Assembly: GCA_937625935.1 (NCBI GenBank)
Contig: OW569346.1
Location: 372,001 to 436,000 of the forward strand
Direction of reading: 5' to 3'
DNA length: 64,000 nt
Origin: Tetramitus jugosus
Taxonomy: Eukaryota > Protista > Heterolobosea
Both the position numbers and the translations under genes were made by a program. A model generated the notes under the pieces. That model did not search any database. It saw only the letters and a list, made by a program, of their open reading frames with translations, and was not told the DNA's origin. Shown piece after piece: positions 1 through 12,800 of this stretch (its first letter is position 1; the number at the start of each line of letters is the position of its first letter).

Positions 1-1
1 C

Positions 2-433
2 AATGGGTCAAATGCTCAGCGTAATCGTGAGACAATCAACCTAGGAAAGAACAAGGTGTTTTCTGAGCGATTGTATAGGAGACATTGCACACGTGTGGAG
101 CCCATGTTTTGCTTGGAAATGTTCCAATCGACATGTGTAGTCAAGGACTTGAATCGATTGGGCAGAGATTTGAACAAGACTGTCATTATCGATAACTCAC
201 CTTCGGCTTACAAGTGGCACACACGGAATGCCATGCCTGTTTCAACATGGTCTCACACGGATCTCGATTCGACGACTGATGAAGAGTTGAATCAATTGTT
301 GCCATACCTGTATCAAATGTTCATTTCCAATGAGATTGATCAATCACTAGGGCAGTACAAGTCACAGTTTAGACGCAACGACTTTTATGAAGACGAATGC
401 GGTGATAATCAGGGCTCATGTCGCATTTCATAA
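2..433 (+). CDS. FCP1/SCP (NLI-interacting factor)-like CTD phosphatase, 3' part; gene runs off the window start
   Basis: RLYRRHC...VKDLNRLGRDLNKTVIIDNSP motif; frame open to the window edge. Confidence 0.85.
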   Translation, partial: NGSNAQRNRETINLGKNKVFSERLYRRHCTRVEPMFCLEMFQSTCVVKDLNRLGRDLNKTVIIDNSPSAYKWHTRNAMPVSTWSHTDLDSTTDEELNQLLPYLYQMFISNEIDQSLGQYKSQFRRNDFYEDECGDNQGSCRIS

Positions 434-635
434 ATTCATTCACAACGTCCTCGATCCCCCAGAAACATAACCCTTCATCTTTCTCCTGTAGGCCTCGACC
501 TACCTAGTTTTTTCCTTCATTGTATTCTCAAATATCGGACCTTTTCAGGATCGCATTTTGCTTTTTCAGAGCACCAAAAAAAAACAAACAAACCACACAT
601 CAACAATTCAAACAAAATATTGGATCAAGAAGAAA

Positions 636-2159
636 ATGTCCAGCACGATCCCACCACATTTGCCAGAAGTGATTGAAACATCTCAACTACCATCAAACGC
701 CACCATTCTCTTCAACTACATTGACGGAGAATTTAAAGACTCCGACAGTGGAAAATACATTGTAAACAGAAATCCAGCAAACAACCAAATCAATAATTAT
801 GTAACGTACTCGACCAAGAGTGATGTGGAAAGAGCAGTCGAATCTGCTGAGAAAGCTTTTCACTCTGCTGAGTGGAAGAATTTCTCCGTCAATGATCGAG
901 CGGCCATACTCCACAAAATCGCCGACGAACTACAGAAAAATCAAGCAGAGCTGGCTCGATTGGAGAGCTTGGACACGGGAAAAACAGTGAGCTCAGCTTT
1001 CCATGTGGACATTGATCGTGCCATATCAAACTTTAGATTCTATGCCAGTGAGATTCTCCAGTCTCCTACACTGTGTCATCCAATGGAAAAGCCAGTTCAA
1101 GCCATCAACTATACTCTGAGACAACCAGTTGGTGTTTGTGGTTTGATTGCGCCATGGAACTTGCCCTTGTATCTACTGTCATGGAAGATTGCACCTGCAC
1201 TGGCCTGTGGAAACACCATTGTCGCAAAGACATCAGAGTTCACTCCACAGACAACACAGTACTTGGCACAAATCATTCACAAGATAGGATTACCAAAGGG
1301 CGTGTTCAACTTGGTTCACGGACTAGGGGCAGAGTGCGGGAGTGCCATTGTGGGTCACCCTAGTGTTCAACTCATTTCGTTCACTGGTGGAACACAAACA
1401 GGAAAGGTTGTGGGCAGTGTTGCGAGCAGTATGCTGAAGAAGGTGAGTCTAGAGTGCGGTGGAAAGAATGCTTTGCTAATTTTTGAGGATGCTGATCTGG
1501 ATAAGGCTGCTGACATTGCCAAGAGAGCATCGTTTGCCAATACTGGTCAAGTGTGTCTCTGTCCATCGAGAATTTTGGTTCACGAGTCGATTCACGATGC
1601 ATTTGTCTCACGTTTTGTTCAATTGGTCAAAACAATCAAGGTGGGTGATCCAAACGATAAGGAAACAACCATGGGATCATTGATCTCATTGCCTCACAGG
1701 GCCAAAGTGGAATATTATATTGAATTGGCAAAGCAGGAGGGAGGAACAGTGGAATGTGGCGGTAAGAGACCTGATAACTTGCCTGAGGAGTTCAAGGAGG
1801 GTGCCTTCTTGGAACCAACAGTCATCACTGGCCTTTCTATTCATTCTAGAACTGCCATGGAAGAGATTTTTGGATGTGTTGTCACAGTTCACACATTCAA
1901 GGATGAAGCTGAGGCAATTCAAATGGCAAACACATCAAACTATGGTCTATGCGCCTCCGTTATTACTACAAATGTCAGCAGAGCTCATCGTGTTGCTTCC
2001 AAGTTGGATGTTGGTATGGTGTGGGTCAATGGCTGGTTGGTCAGAGATTTGAGAGTGCCTTTTGGTGGTGTGAAGCAATCTGGTGTCGGACGAGAGGGTG
2101 GCCATTACAGTTTGGAGTTTTACAGTCATGATAAGAATGTCTGTATTATTATCGAATAA
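636..2159 (+). CDS. Aldehyde dehydrogenase, 2-aminomuconate semialdehyde dehydrogenase (ALDH8A1)-like
   Basis: PWNLPL, FTGG, catalytic LECGGKN and GQVCLC, EEIFG, and WLVRDLRVPFGG typical of ALDH8/XylG; first ATG at 636. Confidence 0.9.
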   Translation: MSSTIPPHLPEVIETSQLPSNATILFNYIDGEFKDSDSGKYIVNRNPANNQINNYVTYSTKSDVERAVESAEKAFHSAEWKNFSVNDRAAILHKIADELQKNQAELARLESLDTGKTVSSAFHVDIDRAISNFRFYASEILQSPTLCHPMEKPVQAINYTLRQPVGVCGLIAPWNLPLYLLSWKIAPALACGNTIVAKTSEFTPQTTQYLAQIIHKIGLPKGVFNLVHGLGAECGSAIVGHPSVQLISFTGGTQTGKVVGSVASSMLKKVSLECGGKNALLIFEDADLDKAADIAKRASFANTGQVCLCPSRILVHESIHDAFVSRFVQLVKTIKVGDPNDKETTMGSLISLPHRAKVEYYIELAKQEGGTVECGGKRPDNLPEEFKEGAFLEPTVITGLSIHSRTAMEEIFGCVVTVHTFKDEAEAIQMANTSNYGLCASVITTNVSRAHRVASKLDVGMVWVNGWLVRDLRVPFGGVKQSGVGREGGHYSLEFYSHDKNVCIIIE

Positions 2160-2217
2160 AACTCATCTGATACAGCAAAACTGAATACAATAATGATGCG
2201 CTAATATCAAAAATTGT

Positions 2218-3332
2218 TCATTTCTGAAGCTTTTCTAAATTGAAAAATCTTCTAGATGTATCATAAACCGTGAACCCTATACAATGACTTGGAACAGTCT
2301 TAATTAAACTAGGCAGGAAGCCCTTATAAAAACCCTTGATGCCCTCATTTTTAAGTGTCTTGACAAACACGTCCGTGATTCCACCGTAGGCTTGTGTGCT
2401 GGAGCCACAGGCACTCACTTGACCACTCATAATCATCCTAGACTTGACAGTCTTAATTGGGTACACAATACATTGAGACACAAAAGAACCTGTACCACCA
2501 GCAATGGACAATCCAAGCAAACCAATCAATGAACCAGCAGGTGCGTCCACAGGCACCAAGCTATACTTTACTTGTTCATATACCATCTTTCAAAAATAAA
2601 GCATGATGATGATTAGCATTCATTGATTACAACTCCTTGACAAAGATTACAACATTTTAAAAACACACAATAAAAAGAGGTTGCCCAAAAAAACAATCAA
2701 ACACAACACACAACAAACACCCATACCAATGAAATACCAGAGCTCATCAAAGCACTACCCAACGAAGCAGTCAATCCCCTGTACAAACTAAACACACCTT
2801 CCTGCTGCGTCATCTTCAACACACAATCCGTGATACCGACATAGGTTCCCATCGCAGTCGCACTCAATCTCGTTCGAATGACATCCAACGGATACACACA
2901 CGTGTGACTCAACAGTCCAGCTGCTGAACCAGAGACAAACAATTGACTCGCAGTCAATTGATGATCCGTCTCTGCAAACAACCGCTTACAATGTTCAAAT
3001 AAATAGAGCTTTAATGAGGCACTGGGTGCTGATTTTAAACAATTGGCAAGGTTTCCACGGAAGAGGCCTTTGAAACCACCGTCTTTCCACATGATGGCAA
3101 ACCCTTGTTTCCAAGTGGGTGGAGTGTGGTTGGACGTTTGAACTTGATAGATTGTTTTGAGACGTTCAAGTGGTGCGACACATGTCTTGCTGCTGATACC
3201 TGCCATGGCGCCACATGAGAATTGAAGGAGTTGATGTTGGAGAGTGGACTGGGAGGAAGAAGGAGGAGAAGTTGTCAAGGTTGTTTCACCTGCATTGTTG
3301 TTGTTGTTGGTTGTGGTTGTGGTGGTGGACAT
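2218..3332 (-). CDS. Mitochondrial carrier (SLC25; ATP-Mg/Pi or CoA carrier-like), 2 exons, intron 2587-2726
   Basis: Three PxD/ExxK/R repeats (APLERLK, YPLDVIR, YPIKTVK); GT-AG intron joins the two track ORFs in frame. Confidence 0.9.
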
Positions 3333-3482
3333 ACCCAAACAAAAATCGATTGGAGCGAAAAAGCTAAAGCTTTTAAAGAGAGAGACGGTTTTTTGTGTGT
3401 TGGTGTGTGGATGACATGCAAAATTTTTGCATGCTTTGAACGGGCGAAATCTGATGGACTCAGAAAATGAATTTGGCGCCAA

Positions 3483-6400
3483 ATGGAGAATATCTTGAAT
3501 TTACAGACACTGATGAACATGTCAAGAAACAATAGTCCTGCGACACCAAAGCATAGAATCAAGAGGGCCAATTCTTCAAAGCAAGCATTGTTTTTGGCGC
3601 ACAACTTGCAGAAAAAGGATGAAGCTTATGTGAGGAGTGCCACAGAGAAGGCCAAAGCTATTGCGATGGCTTTCGCCGAGAGAGATTTGCAAACAGAGGA
3701 CTCATTGGTTAAGATATCTGAGGAAATATCCAGTATTGTGAAACAGAATACATTGATACACTCTCAATTGATCACAATGAGCCATGAACAAGTGGATGAC
3801 GCTCAAGCGGCTGTGGCAAAGATCAATGAATCGAGTCAAATTCTCGCTGATATCCAGGGAAAGTAAGTTTCTTAGATTTTCATTTTGTATTCGAGACAAC
3901 CTCATATCAACAACTACAAGCCAGTTTTGAAGTGATCAATAGTAAGTCTGTGGAGTGTCAAAACTTTATCACAAACTATGACACGATAAGAACTGTTCAA
4001 AATGTGTTGACAAATGTTACTTTGGCGAGAGAGTGGCTAGCAAGAGTTTTACGATTGACAAAAGAGATTCGAGAATTGAAGAAGATTTTAAGAGCCGAGA
4101 GAAGATACTTTGAGGAGGACGAGACGAGTGAGGATGAGGATGAGGACGAAACAGAAGAAAACGAAGATGATTTTGATGCTGCTGAGTATGGGCTAGAAGA
4201 GATTCTAGTGTATGATCCAGAGAATGAAGGAAGTATGTTGCTCGAGGTGCACGAAAGAATTCAAGAATTGGAGATGTTTCGGTCAGTTGTATTTGCAGAG
4301 GTAATGTAGCAGAGAGTTGAATAGAAGCTGCTCTTGTAGTTCTTTGATGTTAATAATCCCTTTGTAATCGTAGGCCGAAGAAAAACCAGCTTTTCTAGAT
4401 ACATTCTCTTCATATCTGTCTGTTATCGACGAAGTGTCCGAACAGTTCATGTACATTATAGACAAACACCTGGAGAAAGTAGTTCAACTTGCAGATGAAG
4501 ATCCAAGTCGGCTAGTAAGAATTGCGAGAATAATCGAAAGAGAAGAGAAGGCCACCAAAGAATTTGAAGAGCGAGCAAGAGCAAACCCCGGCACTATTTC
4601 TCTCAAGAAACAACCCAAAAACTTAAAAAGTTACTTCTCTGAAAAACTAAGAAGTGGAATTAGACAATACTTTAAAGATAATTTAGATGACTGTTCGGAT
4701 ATCGAGTCAAAGTTAGAGAGAATACAAGAATTATGTAGTGGGGACTTGATTCATGTTGAGAGAAGAATAGTTCCATGCTTTCCCTCTCCATACAATATTT
4801 TGAGTTTATTCGTGAGTGAGTATGAGAATCAACTGAGAGAGTTTGTCAATACCATCGCTCAAGAAAAAGTGAGTAACTCTGATCGAGTCATCATGATAGT
4901 GTGGCTCAATGAAAATTCAGATATTTTCGAAGAGTATAAGCATTATCTTCGATGTGATAATTTCGATCAAGAACTAAATCTATTGAAAGGCGACTACCTT
5001 ACTGACTTTAACTTAAAGCTTCAAGAATGGAGTGAAAAAGTGATCGTTCATTCAATTAAACCTGATACAAAGTTGCAAGAAGAGGATGGTTGTGTGTACA
5101 CCTACGCTCCAACTGATTTCTTCACCTTCTTGAATCAAACTATTACTGCAGTGGGAGCCACCAAACAGAGAGAACTCATTGAAAAGATAGCATTTGCTGT
5201 CAGAAATACTCTGTTCATATTCAAAGATCAACTGTTGAGCAATCTGGTCCATAGGATGGACGAGTTCTCAACAGAGAAAATTTGTGCTCACATTAACGAC
5301 TGTTCTCGATGTGTTCAATTTACTGTTGAATTAGAAGAAGCACTAGTCGAAATACTACCAAAAGCACGGAAAGAAGTATTCGAAATGGATGAAGTGACAG
5401 ACGGGTTTGAAAGTGTGGCCAAACAAATATTAAAGAGAGTGGCCAACAGGTTGTTCTCTCAACTTGGTCACTACTTTGATGATCAATTTGGAAAAATGTG
5501 GTACAATAAGAACAAAGTTTCAACAATCATGATGGCATTCAGAGAACTGACAAAGGAATTCGAGGGGACATACCTTGAATTTCTCGAATATAAATATATT
5601 GGTGTCCTTGCAGAGAATCTCCTCAATCAACTTATCAAGAAGTATATTGATGGCTGGATAGTGAAGTCGTTCTCACTGAAACCAGAAGAAATTGACATAG
5701 TCAAGGCAGAAATTGGTGCTTTTAAGAAGTTTTGCGGTAATGAACCATGGTCCTTCGAATTGTTAAAACCATTAGATTTCCTTAAGGATTTTCTCTCTAT
5801 CATTGATATTGAGGATGTGTCTGCTGCAATTGGAGATGCCCTCTCACCCAAAAACTTTCCAGACATGCCCATCTTTATTCCTGAAACAATCATCCGCAAA
5901 TGTGGCAAGTATAAGAAGAAGGAACAAGATGAACTCATTGCTTCCATTACCAAGTTCTACGAAGGATGGGAGGAAATGAATCATAACAAGGAAAGAAAGA
6001 AAACCATCTTCTCATTGTATAGGAAGGACGAGAAAATTAAGAAGGGCTTCTTCGGGCGTAAAAAGAAAACAGTGATTACCGGAGTACAGGAAGAGAAGAA
6101 GCCAGAGGTGAACATACCACTGCCCAACAGTATGATCAAGAATGCTTCCCAGGCCACCCCGTCAAAGAACCAAGCGGAGGAACCAACTGAAGGCGATATC
6201 ATGGACCTGGATGCCTTTTTGAACGACGATACAGCAGTGACAACGTCCGCCCAGGACAAGAGGGAAGAGAGTGATGACGAAGAGGAGAGTGAAGAAATCG
6301 CAACTAATGCAGACGACAATAACAACAGGCACAAACTGGATCGAACAACACGATCAGACAGCCCTGCTTCTTCAAGGAGCGATGAAGAGGATTCTGCATC

Positions 6401-6539
6401 AGAAACAAACAAGCCCAACAACAGAAGCACCACAACCAAAACAGATCAATCATCATCCAACAGTAGTGAACATGACGACTCGTCAGACAAAAGTGAATCA
6501 TCAGATTCATCAGATAACGATTCATCCGATAGCGACTAG
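3483..6539 (+). CDS. SEC6: Exocyst component Sec6/EXOC3-like; introns ~3862-3920 and ~4302-4372; acidic/Ser-rich tail
   Basis: LVRIARIIEREE and PCFPSPYNILSLFVSEY motifs; three consecutive ORFs joined by GT-AG introns. Confidence 0.75.
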
Positions 6540-6845
6540 CCGCGACCATTCACACAATGTGAATCACAAATCCAAAAAATAAAAAAATCCGAATGCATTT
6601 CACTATTTGACATCCAACATCATTGGACAAAACTCCACTTTCAAAAAGAGTGATGACGACACTTTGCTCGTTTGTTGTTTCCATATAAGTCATCATTGAT
6701 GATTATCGTTTAATCGATTAAAATAGTAATAATAGCCCAATCATATTCAATCATACAAAAATGACATGCTTTTCAAAGCTTTACAACAAGATGATTTCAT
6801 ACACCTCTCCTACTAAAAAAATGGGTTGCCAATACTACAGGGTTT

Positions 6846-7149
6846 TTACTTCAAAAGTGCGAACAATTTTGGAGCAGCCTAAAACATAAAAAAACAAGAG
6901 TTAAAACTCACAATTGAGACCAAACAAACAAGAAACAACAACAAATATGACATACGCAGTGATCAAGGCAAGTCTTTGCTTCAAAATACCATGGGGAGCA
7001 ATCCTTTCCAGACTTTCCTTCAATTCTCTGAGCACAGTCATCGACAAGTTTGACTTGATGTGCACAAACAGTCTTGGCACATTGTTCAACAAGAGCAGGC
7101 TTTGGGTCAACAGCTTCTTCCTCTTCTTCTTCTTCCTCTTCCTCCTCTG

Positions 7150-7180
<31 letters not shown>

Positions 7181-7219
7181 AAAGATCTTTTGTTCTTCTT
7201 CTTCTCTTCTTAGTCCCAT
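6846..7219 (-). CDS. QCR6: Cytochrome bc1 hinge subunit; intron 6879-6955
   Basis: Poly-Glu N-terminus, VDPK..L.E.C, conserved Cys pattern; spliced C-terminus CLDHC|AAPKLFALLK*. Confidence 0.9.
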
Positions 7220-7395
7220 TTTGTGTTCTGTTGGTTGATGCAAATTTTTTGTTCGTGAGATTGCGTGGTTTCGAGAAGGGCATTTGTTTTCACGCCGCGG
7301 CGGGTGAATCGAAAGTCAACCAAAATTGTCGGCTAAATAGAGTCCCGCCTAGTCGGAGATCTACAAATAAACGTTACAGTTTTCAACTTCGAACA

Positions 7396-9484
7396 ATGGA
7401 TGCCAAAAGACGAGGTTAAGATTGTCTTCCGAGAGGAAACGAAAGAAAATCATAATTGCCAATGCTGGTAGACTTACGTTCTGCAACAGAATTCATCAAG
7501 GACCGTCTGTATCTCTGGCAAACGAGGAGTACTTTGGGTTTCAACTCGAGTTCTAACAGTAACGAATTGTACTGCATTAATGTAGATGAGAAGCATAGAT
7601 ACGAACCCTTTTATCGTGATTTTGGTCCCTATCATCTGGGCCATACTGTATTGTTCTGTAGAAATCTCCACAAAGTGATGAATGTATGTTTTATGTTATG
7701 CTGTCGAACTATGCATGAAACGCATCTGGATGTTAACTCAGATGTTCTATGAACAACTGTACGAATAGGAAATCTCTTTATTAAGTAAGAAGATTGTTGT
7801 GGTTACTTCTTTCGATAGTGAGAAGCGAGCCAACGCGGCATACTTGATCTGTGCCTATTTGGTATGTGGTACTAGTTGAGGGAGAATGGTTTTGGCAAAA
7901 TTGAGATCTAACATGTTTTGTTTTGTTGAACAGTTAATATGCCAAGGATTGTCTCCTGAAGAAGCATACCGTCCTTTTGACAACGTTTATCCTCCTTTTT
8001 TGCCCTTCCGAGATGCTTCTCAATGTATGTTCTTTACACAACGTTCTACTCCATTTCTCAGTTCTAACATGCTCTTTTCAGCATTATCTACTTTCAATCT
8101 TACAATCCTTGATTGTTTGAAGGGAATAAATCGTGCAATGATGCATGGTTTCTTCGATATAGACAAGTTCAATGTTGAAGAATACTTCCACTATGAAAGA
8201 GTTGAGAATGGTGATTTGAATTGGATAATCCCTGGAAAGTTTCTGGCTTTTAGTTCTCCAGCCAGTCGAAGAATCACACCTGATGGAATGATTCATTTTA
8301 CCCCGGAGGATTACATCGCAATGTTCAGGAAGTGGACCGTCACAGCGGTCATAAGATTGAACAAGAAGATGTATGAAGCGCGTTCTTTCACAAGACAAGG
8401 ATTTTATCACGAGGAGCTCTTTTACCCTGACGGTGGGCTTCCTCCAGAGGATGTCTTAAGGAAATTCTTGAATCTGGTCGATGAATGGTTCTTAGGATCG
8501 AACAGTAAGGGCGCCTTTGCTGTGCATTGCAAAGCAGGATTAGGTCGAACAGGAACCTTGATAGGCCTCTTTATGATGAAATACTACCGATTCACAGCAA
8601 CGGAGGCGATAGCATGGCTTAGAATATGTAGACCTGGAAGTGTCATTGGGATTCAGCAGCATTATCTGAAGGAAATGCAATTGAGGATGTGGAAAGAGGG
8701 AGAGAAAATATGGAAGGCGAACTATGCACGCATATCAGCATCAATTCCAGTAGATGGCTCGGAGAACAGTTCATCCCTACTGCGGTCATCGCCATTCAAC
8801 ACCCTCTCTAGTAGTTTAAGCAGTAGAGAATCAAATACTGTAGAGATACAAGCCCGAACTACGGATCAATCTCCTGAAAGAAAAAGTCGAGTAGGGCCAT
8901 CTACACCTAAACGATCAATCGTAGAAACCTCTGTAAATACATCAATTAGTTCACCAGCCAGGGCTGAGTCTGTTGGATCAAGGTCAACAAGATTAGGACT
9001 CAGATCTCCCATGTCACAGACAATGTCAACCCCACCGAGACAATCACTGTCTTCTCACAATTCAATAACCCCAGGACCTAGGTCAAATCCGCTCTCCACA
9101 GGGAAAATTGAATCATCCCGACTATTATCCTCCTCACATCGATCTCCCCTCTTCACCAGTACTCATCGTACCTCCACCACAGCTTCTCATGACCCTTCAT
9201 CATCCATCAGTTCCTTGCAAAGTAGTCTTGCCAATCTACGAATGGGCAGACAAGCACCAATCAAGAGAGAACATCACTTGGCAACGTACAACTCAGAAGT
9301 CAAGAAGGATGATTTCCTTCTGAAGCATACGAATCGGTTATCCGTTGCTGAACAATTCTCCCCCTCTGTAAGTTGTTCCAATAACCCTGCACTGCCTTCT
9401 CACGCCCTCTCAGCATCTTCCGGATCAGCTTCTCACTCTCATGGACGTTCTCACTCCTTTGGAAGAGATTGGATTGCACCGTGA
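7396..9484 (+). CDS. CDC14: Cdc14 dual-specificity phosphatase; introns ~7415-7470, 7684-7769, 7862-7933, 8025-8081
   Basis: YEPFYRDFGP, PFRDAS, YERVENGDLNWI, VHCKAGLGRTG, LRICRPGSVIG.QQ. Confidence 0.95.
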
Positions 9485-9816
9485 GATGATTCATGACATA
9501 ATAACGGGAAAACCCCCAACTAAAATGGGACCAAAGTTCCGAGCCTTTTCACACGGCATTGAAAAACGCGCGAACAATCTTCATTTTGCGGGACCAAAAG
9601 CTTTCGCAAAATAGGTCCCAAACCAAGACGAGTTTTTTTTCGTTGCAATAAAAAACGAACATCATTATTTTGCGCATGAGCCATCATCAAGCATCAATAA
9701 CTTTATGCTGCTCACCACTACGCATTGAGACAACAACACTGGGTGCTTCCAGGCATCAGCAATCACTCCCACGATCATCACCATTCCAACAACTTCATCA
9801 TCAGTCACCATTTTTA

Positions 9817-12800
9817 ATGAGGCTGAGTCAAATGATGGTGATGGTCCTGTTTATGATTGTGATTTGTGTCTCATTGTGCTGTTGTGCAGCAAATAGCGAA
9901 CAAGCACCAACCGCCATTAGCAACAACAACAACAATAATAATCACAACAATAATCATAATAATAATATTAAACATTATAATAACAACAACAACAACAACA
10001 ACAACAAGAACGATAACAACAATCATGAGCATCATAAATCGTTTCATCAATACTCTAATCATGACAAAACGGATCATCAAGACGAACAACAACAAATTTT
10101 TTCACTGAATCAATATCGAATGGGACTTCAATTGCAACAACAAGTGCATCAGTTGGCCTATGACTCCATTTCATCTCCCACCCTCAAATGGATACCTCTC
10201 AATGTTCACTTTACTGACGAAAGTCAATTGAAGGATGCAACTGCAGGTTCAAAAACAGCAACAACAACAGTTGCTCATGAGAAGAGTGAAAAGAGCGACG
10301 GAGAAGAGGATGAACATGATGATGAGTGGTCCGATTTGAATTCAATGATTGATTTGGATAGAGATAAAAAAGAGTTTCATTTCAAAGAATGGGAGCAGCA
10401 TGTTGAACAGAACAGTGAGAGAAACGAGTGGAATTGGACACAATTGGAAAGAATGCAAGTGGTTGCAACAAAGATTGCAAACAATAGTGACCAAGAATCG
10501 TTCAAAAACAAGGATGCGAATCATGTCATGTACGTTTTTCGGTGTGTTTTTTTTACCATTTACGTGTTTTGATTGCTATTGGTTGTTGTTCTTGTTGTTT
10601 GTGATTCATGGTGCCCGATTCGTGCATTTTTTCGTGGTGCGTCGAACGTCATATGCTAACGACATGCATTTTTTTTATTGTTGTTGGTTCATCATGATAG
10701 ATATCAATGTGTGGATTATTATTATGGCTTAGTAACTTTTCTGAACCCAACACCAAACACGCTGTACTTGACGGAACAAATCACGGCCAAGAATGGTAAG
10801 AATGGTAATGACCAAACTGAATCATCGTTGCCTTCTCACTCTGTTTTATCGCGTGTCTCATGTGAAGGATACAGTGATGATGTAGTGATCGAAACATGGT
10901 TTACTCCTCGTCAATGGGTATGTTCATTATTGTTGGATTTTCTTGTTGTTGTTTTTTTCACACATGTGACTTGTTTTTCATTGAGTTGTCCTCGTGTCTG
11001 ACCAAACAAAATTTCGTGTGCTGTTGCAGAAGTTGGAAACGGAACAGAAAATGCAAGTGGAGGTATCATTCAGAATCATTTATATATCAGACAAGGTTCT
11101 CTCTCAGAGTCGAAAACTTCAATGTGAGAATAAGTGGTTTTCATTTGAGTTTGATTTGAACAGGGTATCAACGAATCCAATGCGTCAACTACGTTCTCAC
11201 CAAAAAACTCAGTCCCTCATTGTTCACCCAACAATGGCAAAACCATTACTGTCATATCCGATTGAAAATTTAGAAAAACGTAGGAATAACTTGGCTGTCA
11301 TTTATAGACAATTACTCGCAGTCAAAAATCCAACAAATGCAACTATTTATATTACGAAGCTATGGGCTACACAGAGTGAAGATGAATTTGACTTATCTGT
11401 GAGATTATTAGCCAATAAGCGAGATATTGTCCTACCTGTTGTTGAGAAGACATTGGTAGGAGTATGGACACTTCAACCATTTGAAGAGAAGCAAATTGCG
11501 ATGATTCAAATCAGAAGACGATTTGACTTTCAGCACAACTTGGAGCAGTCAGTGAAAGGAAAAAAGAAGGGCGACACAGACTCATTGAGAAATATTGGAT
11601 TTGTTCATGTTAGTACATCGTCTCCTGATCCTCTCTTGAACTCTCTGACCGTGCCTATATATTTGAACATAACCGATGCTGCATCTGTGGTGGTCCCTCC
11701 AGCTGTTGTTACTGCGCACTCGCGACAGTATTTGGATTTCGGTACGTTTGTGTACCCGTCTACCTACTTGACAAACCCTTCTATGAATGATAATACTGTC
11801 CTTCAACGAAGATCTAGAGAAATTTATTTACTCATTGACTCAAGAACAAGTCTGATGGAGAACGATATATCATTGGGTTTCGAAGACAATAGTGCCGATT
11901 CTCTTGTGTCTGTCAACTCTATGCAAGTAACTGTGTTCAATTCTCAGAGACGTGAGCAGTTATTTAATGAGAGATGTGAGCCACAGGTTGATTCATCCAT
12001 AGAATACCCCTCAACCAAAACAAAGGAAGATTGCTTGAACTCATTTCCCTCTGCTGGTATAGTGGCGGTTGCTACCTTTACAGCTCTCAACTCATTTGGT
12101 GATCACCCAGTGCTGAAGAATGAGAATGGAAAGGATGAGGTTTTGATTAATGGAAAGTTCCGCTTGTACGTCAAGAAGAACAAGGCATCAACTGAACCCT
12201 CTTCTGCCATTGAAATATTCTACAAAGCTAAAATTTTATTTGGCGGTGTCGGCTATCCGTATGAACACAACACATATCACCTAATGTCGTCAGGATTCAT
12301 GGACAGTCCAACAAACACTCAACATCTCAAAGATGTATATATTACTAACCAGTTCCGACAGCCATTACAAATCCATGATGTATCGGTGGTTATTCCTCCA
12401 GTGCCTATTGGCAATATGAACTCGGAACCGACAGTTTTGTCTGCCTTGTTGAGATCTGTACAGGTAGAACTCCTTGGGTTTGTTCCCGGTTTAATTCTTA
12501 GACCTGAAGCGAAGAGAAGCATTGGCAAAATTAATTTACGATTCATCAAAGATAACTCGAACATCATTCAACATGACAAGGTGACAAAGCTCATGACTAC
12601 CTTAACTCTCTATACAAATGCGTCAAGAATTATACTTCCAGTACAGATTGTAGCACATCCGGCAAATCAGTATAATCTATCATATGCCGCTTTGGATGCA
12701 GTTTCAAATCCAAGCTTATACGGTACTCATATTTCAAAGCGAGATGTTCACTTTGGAGCGATGAAACCTGGCGAAACAAAGACTCAGGTTCTATCACTCA

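Noticed and set aside
5981-6439. Many antisense or overlapping short ORFs in the track (e.g. 5981-6439, 40012-40554, 54299-54925)
   Set aside because: They are shadows of real genes or of low-complexity repeats and carry no recognisable motifs.
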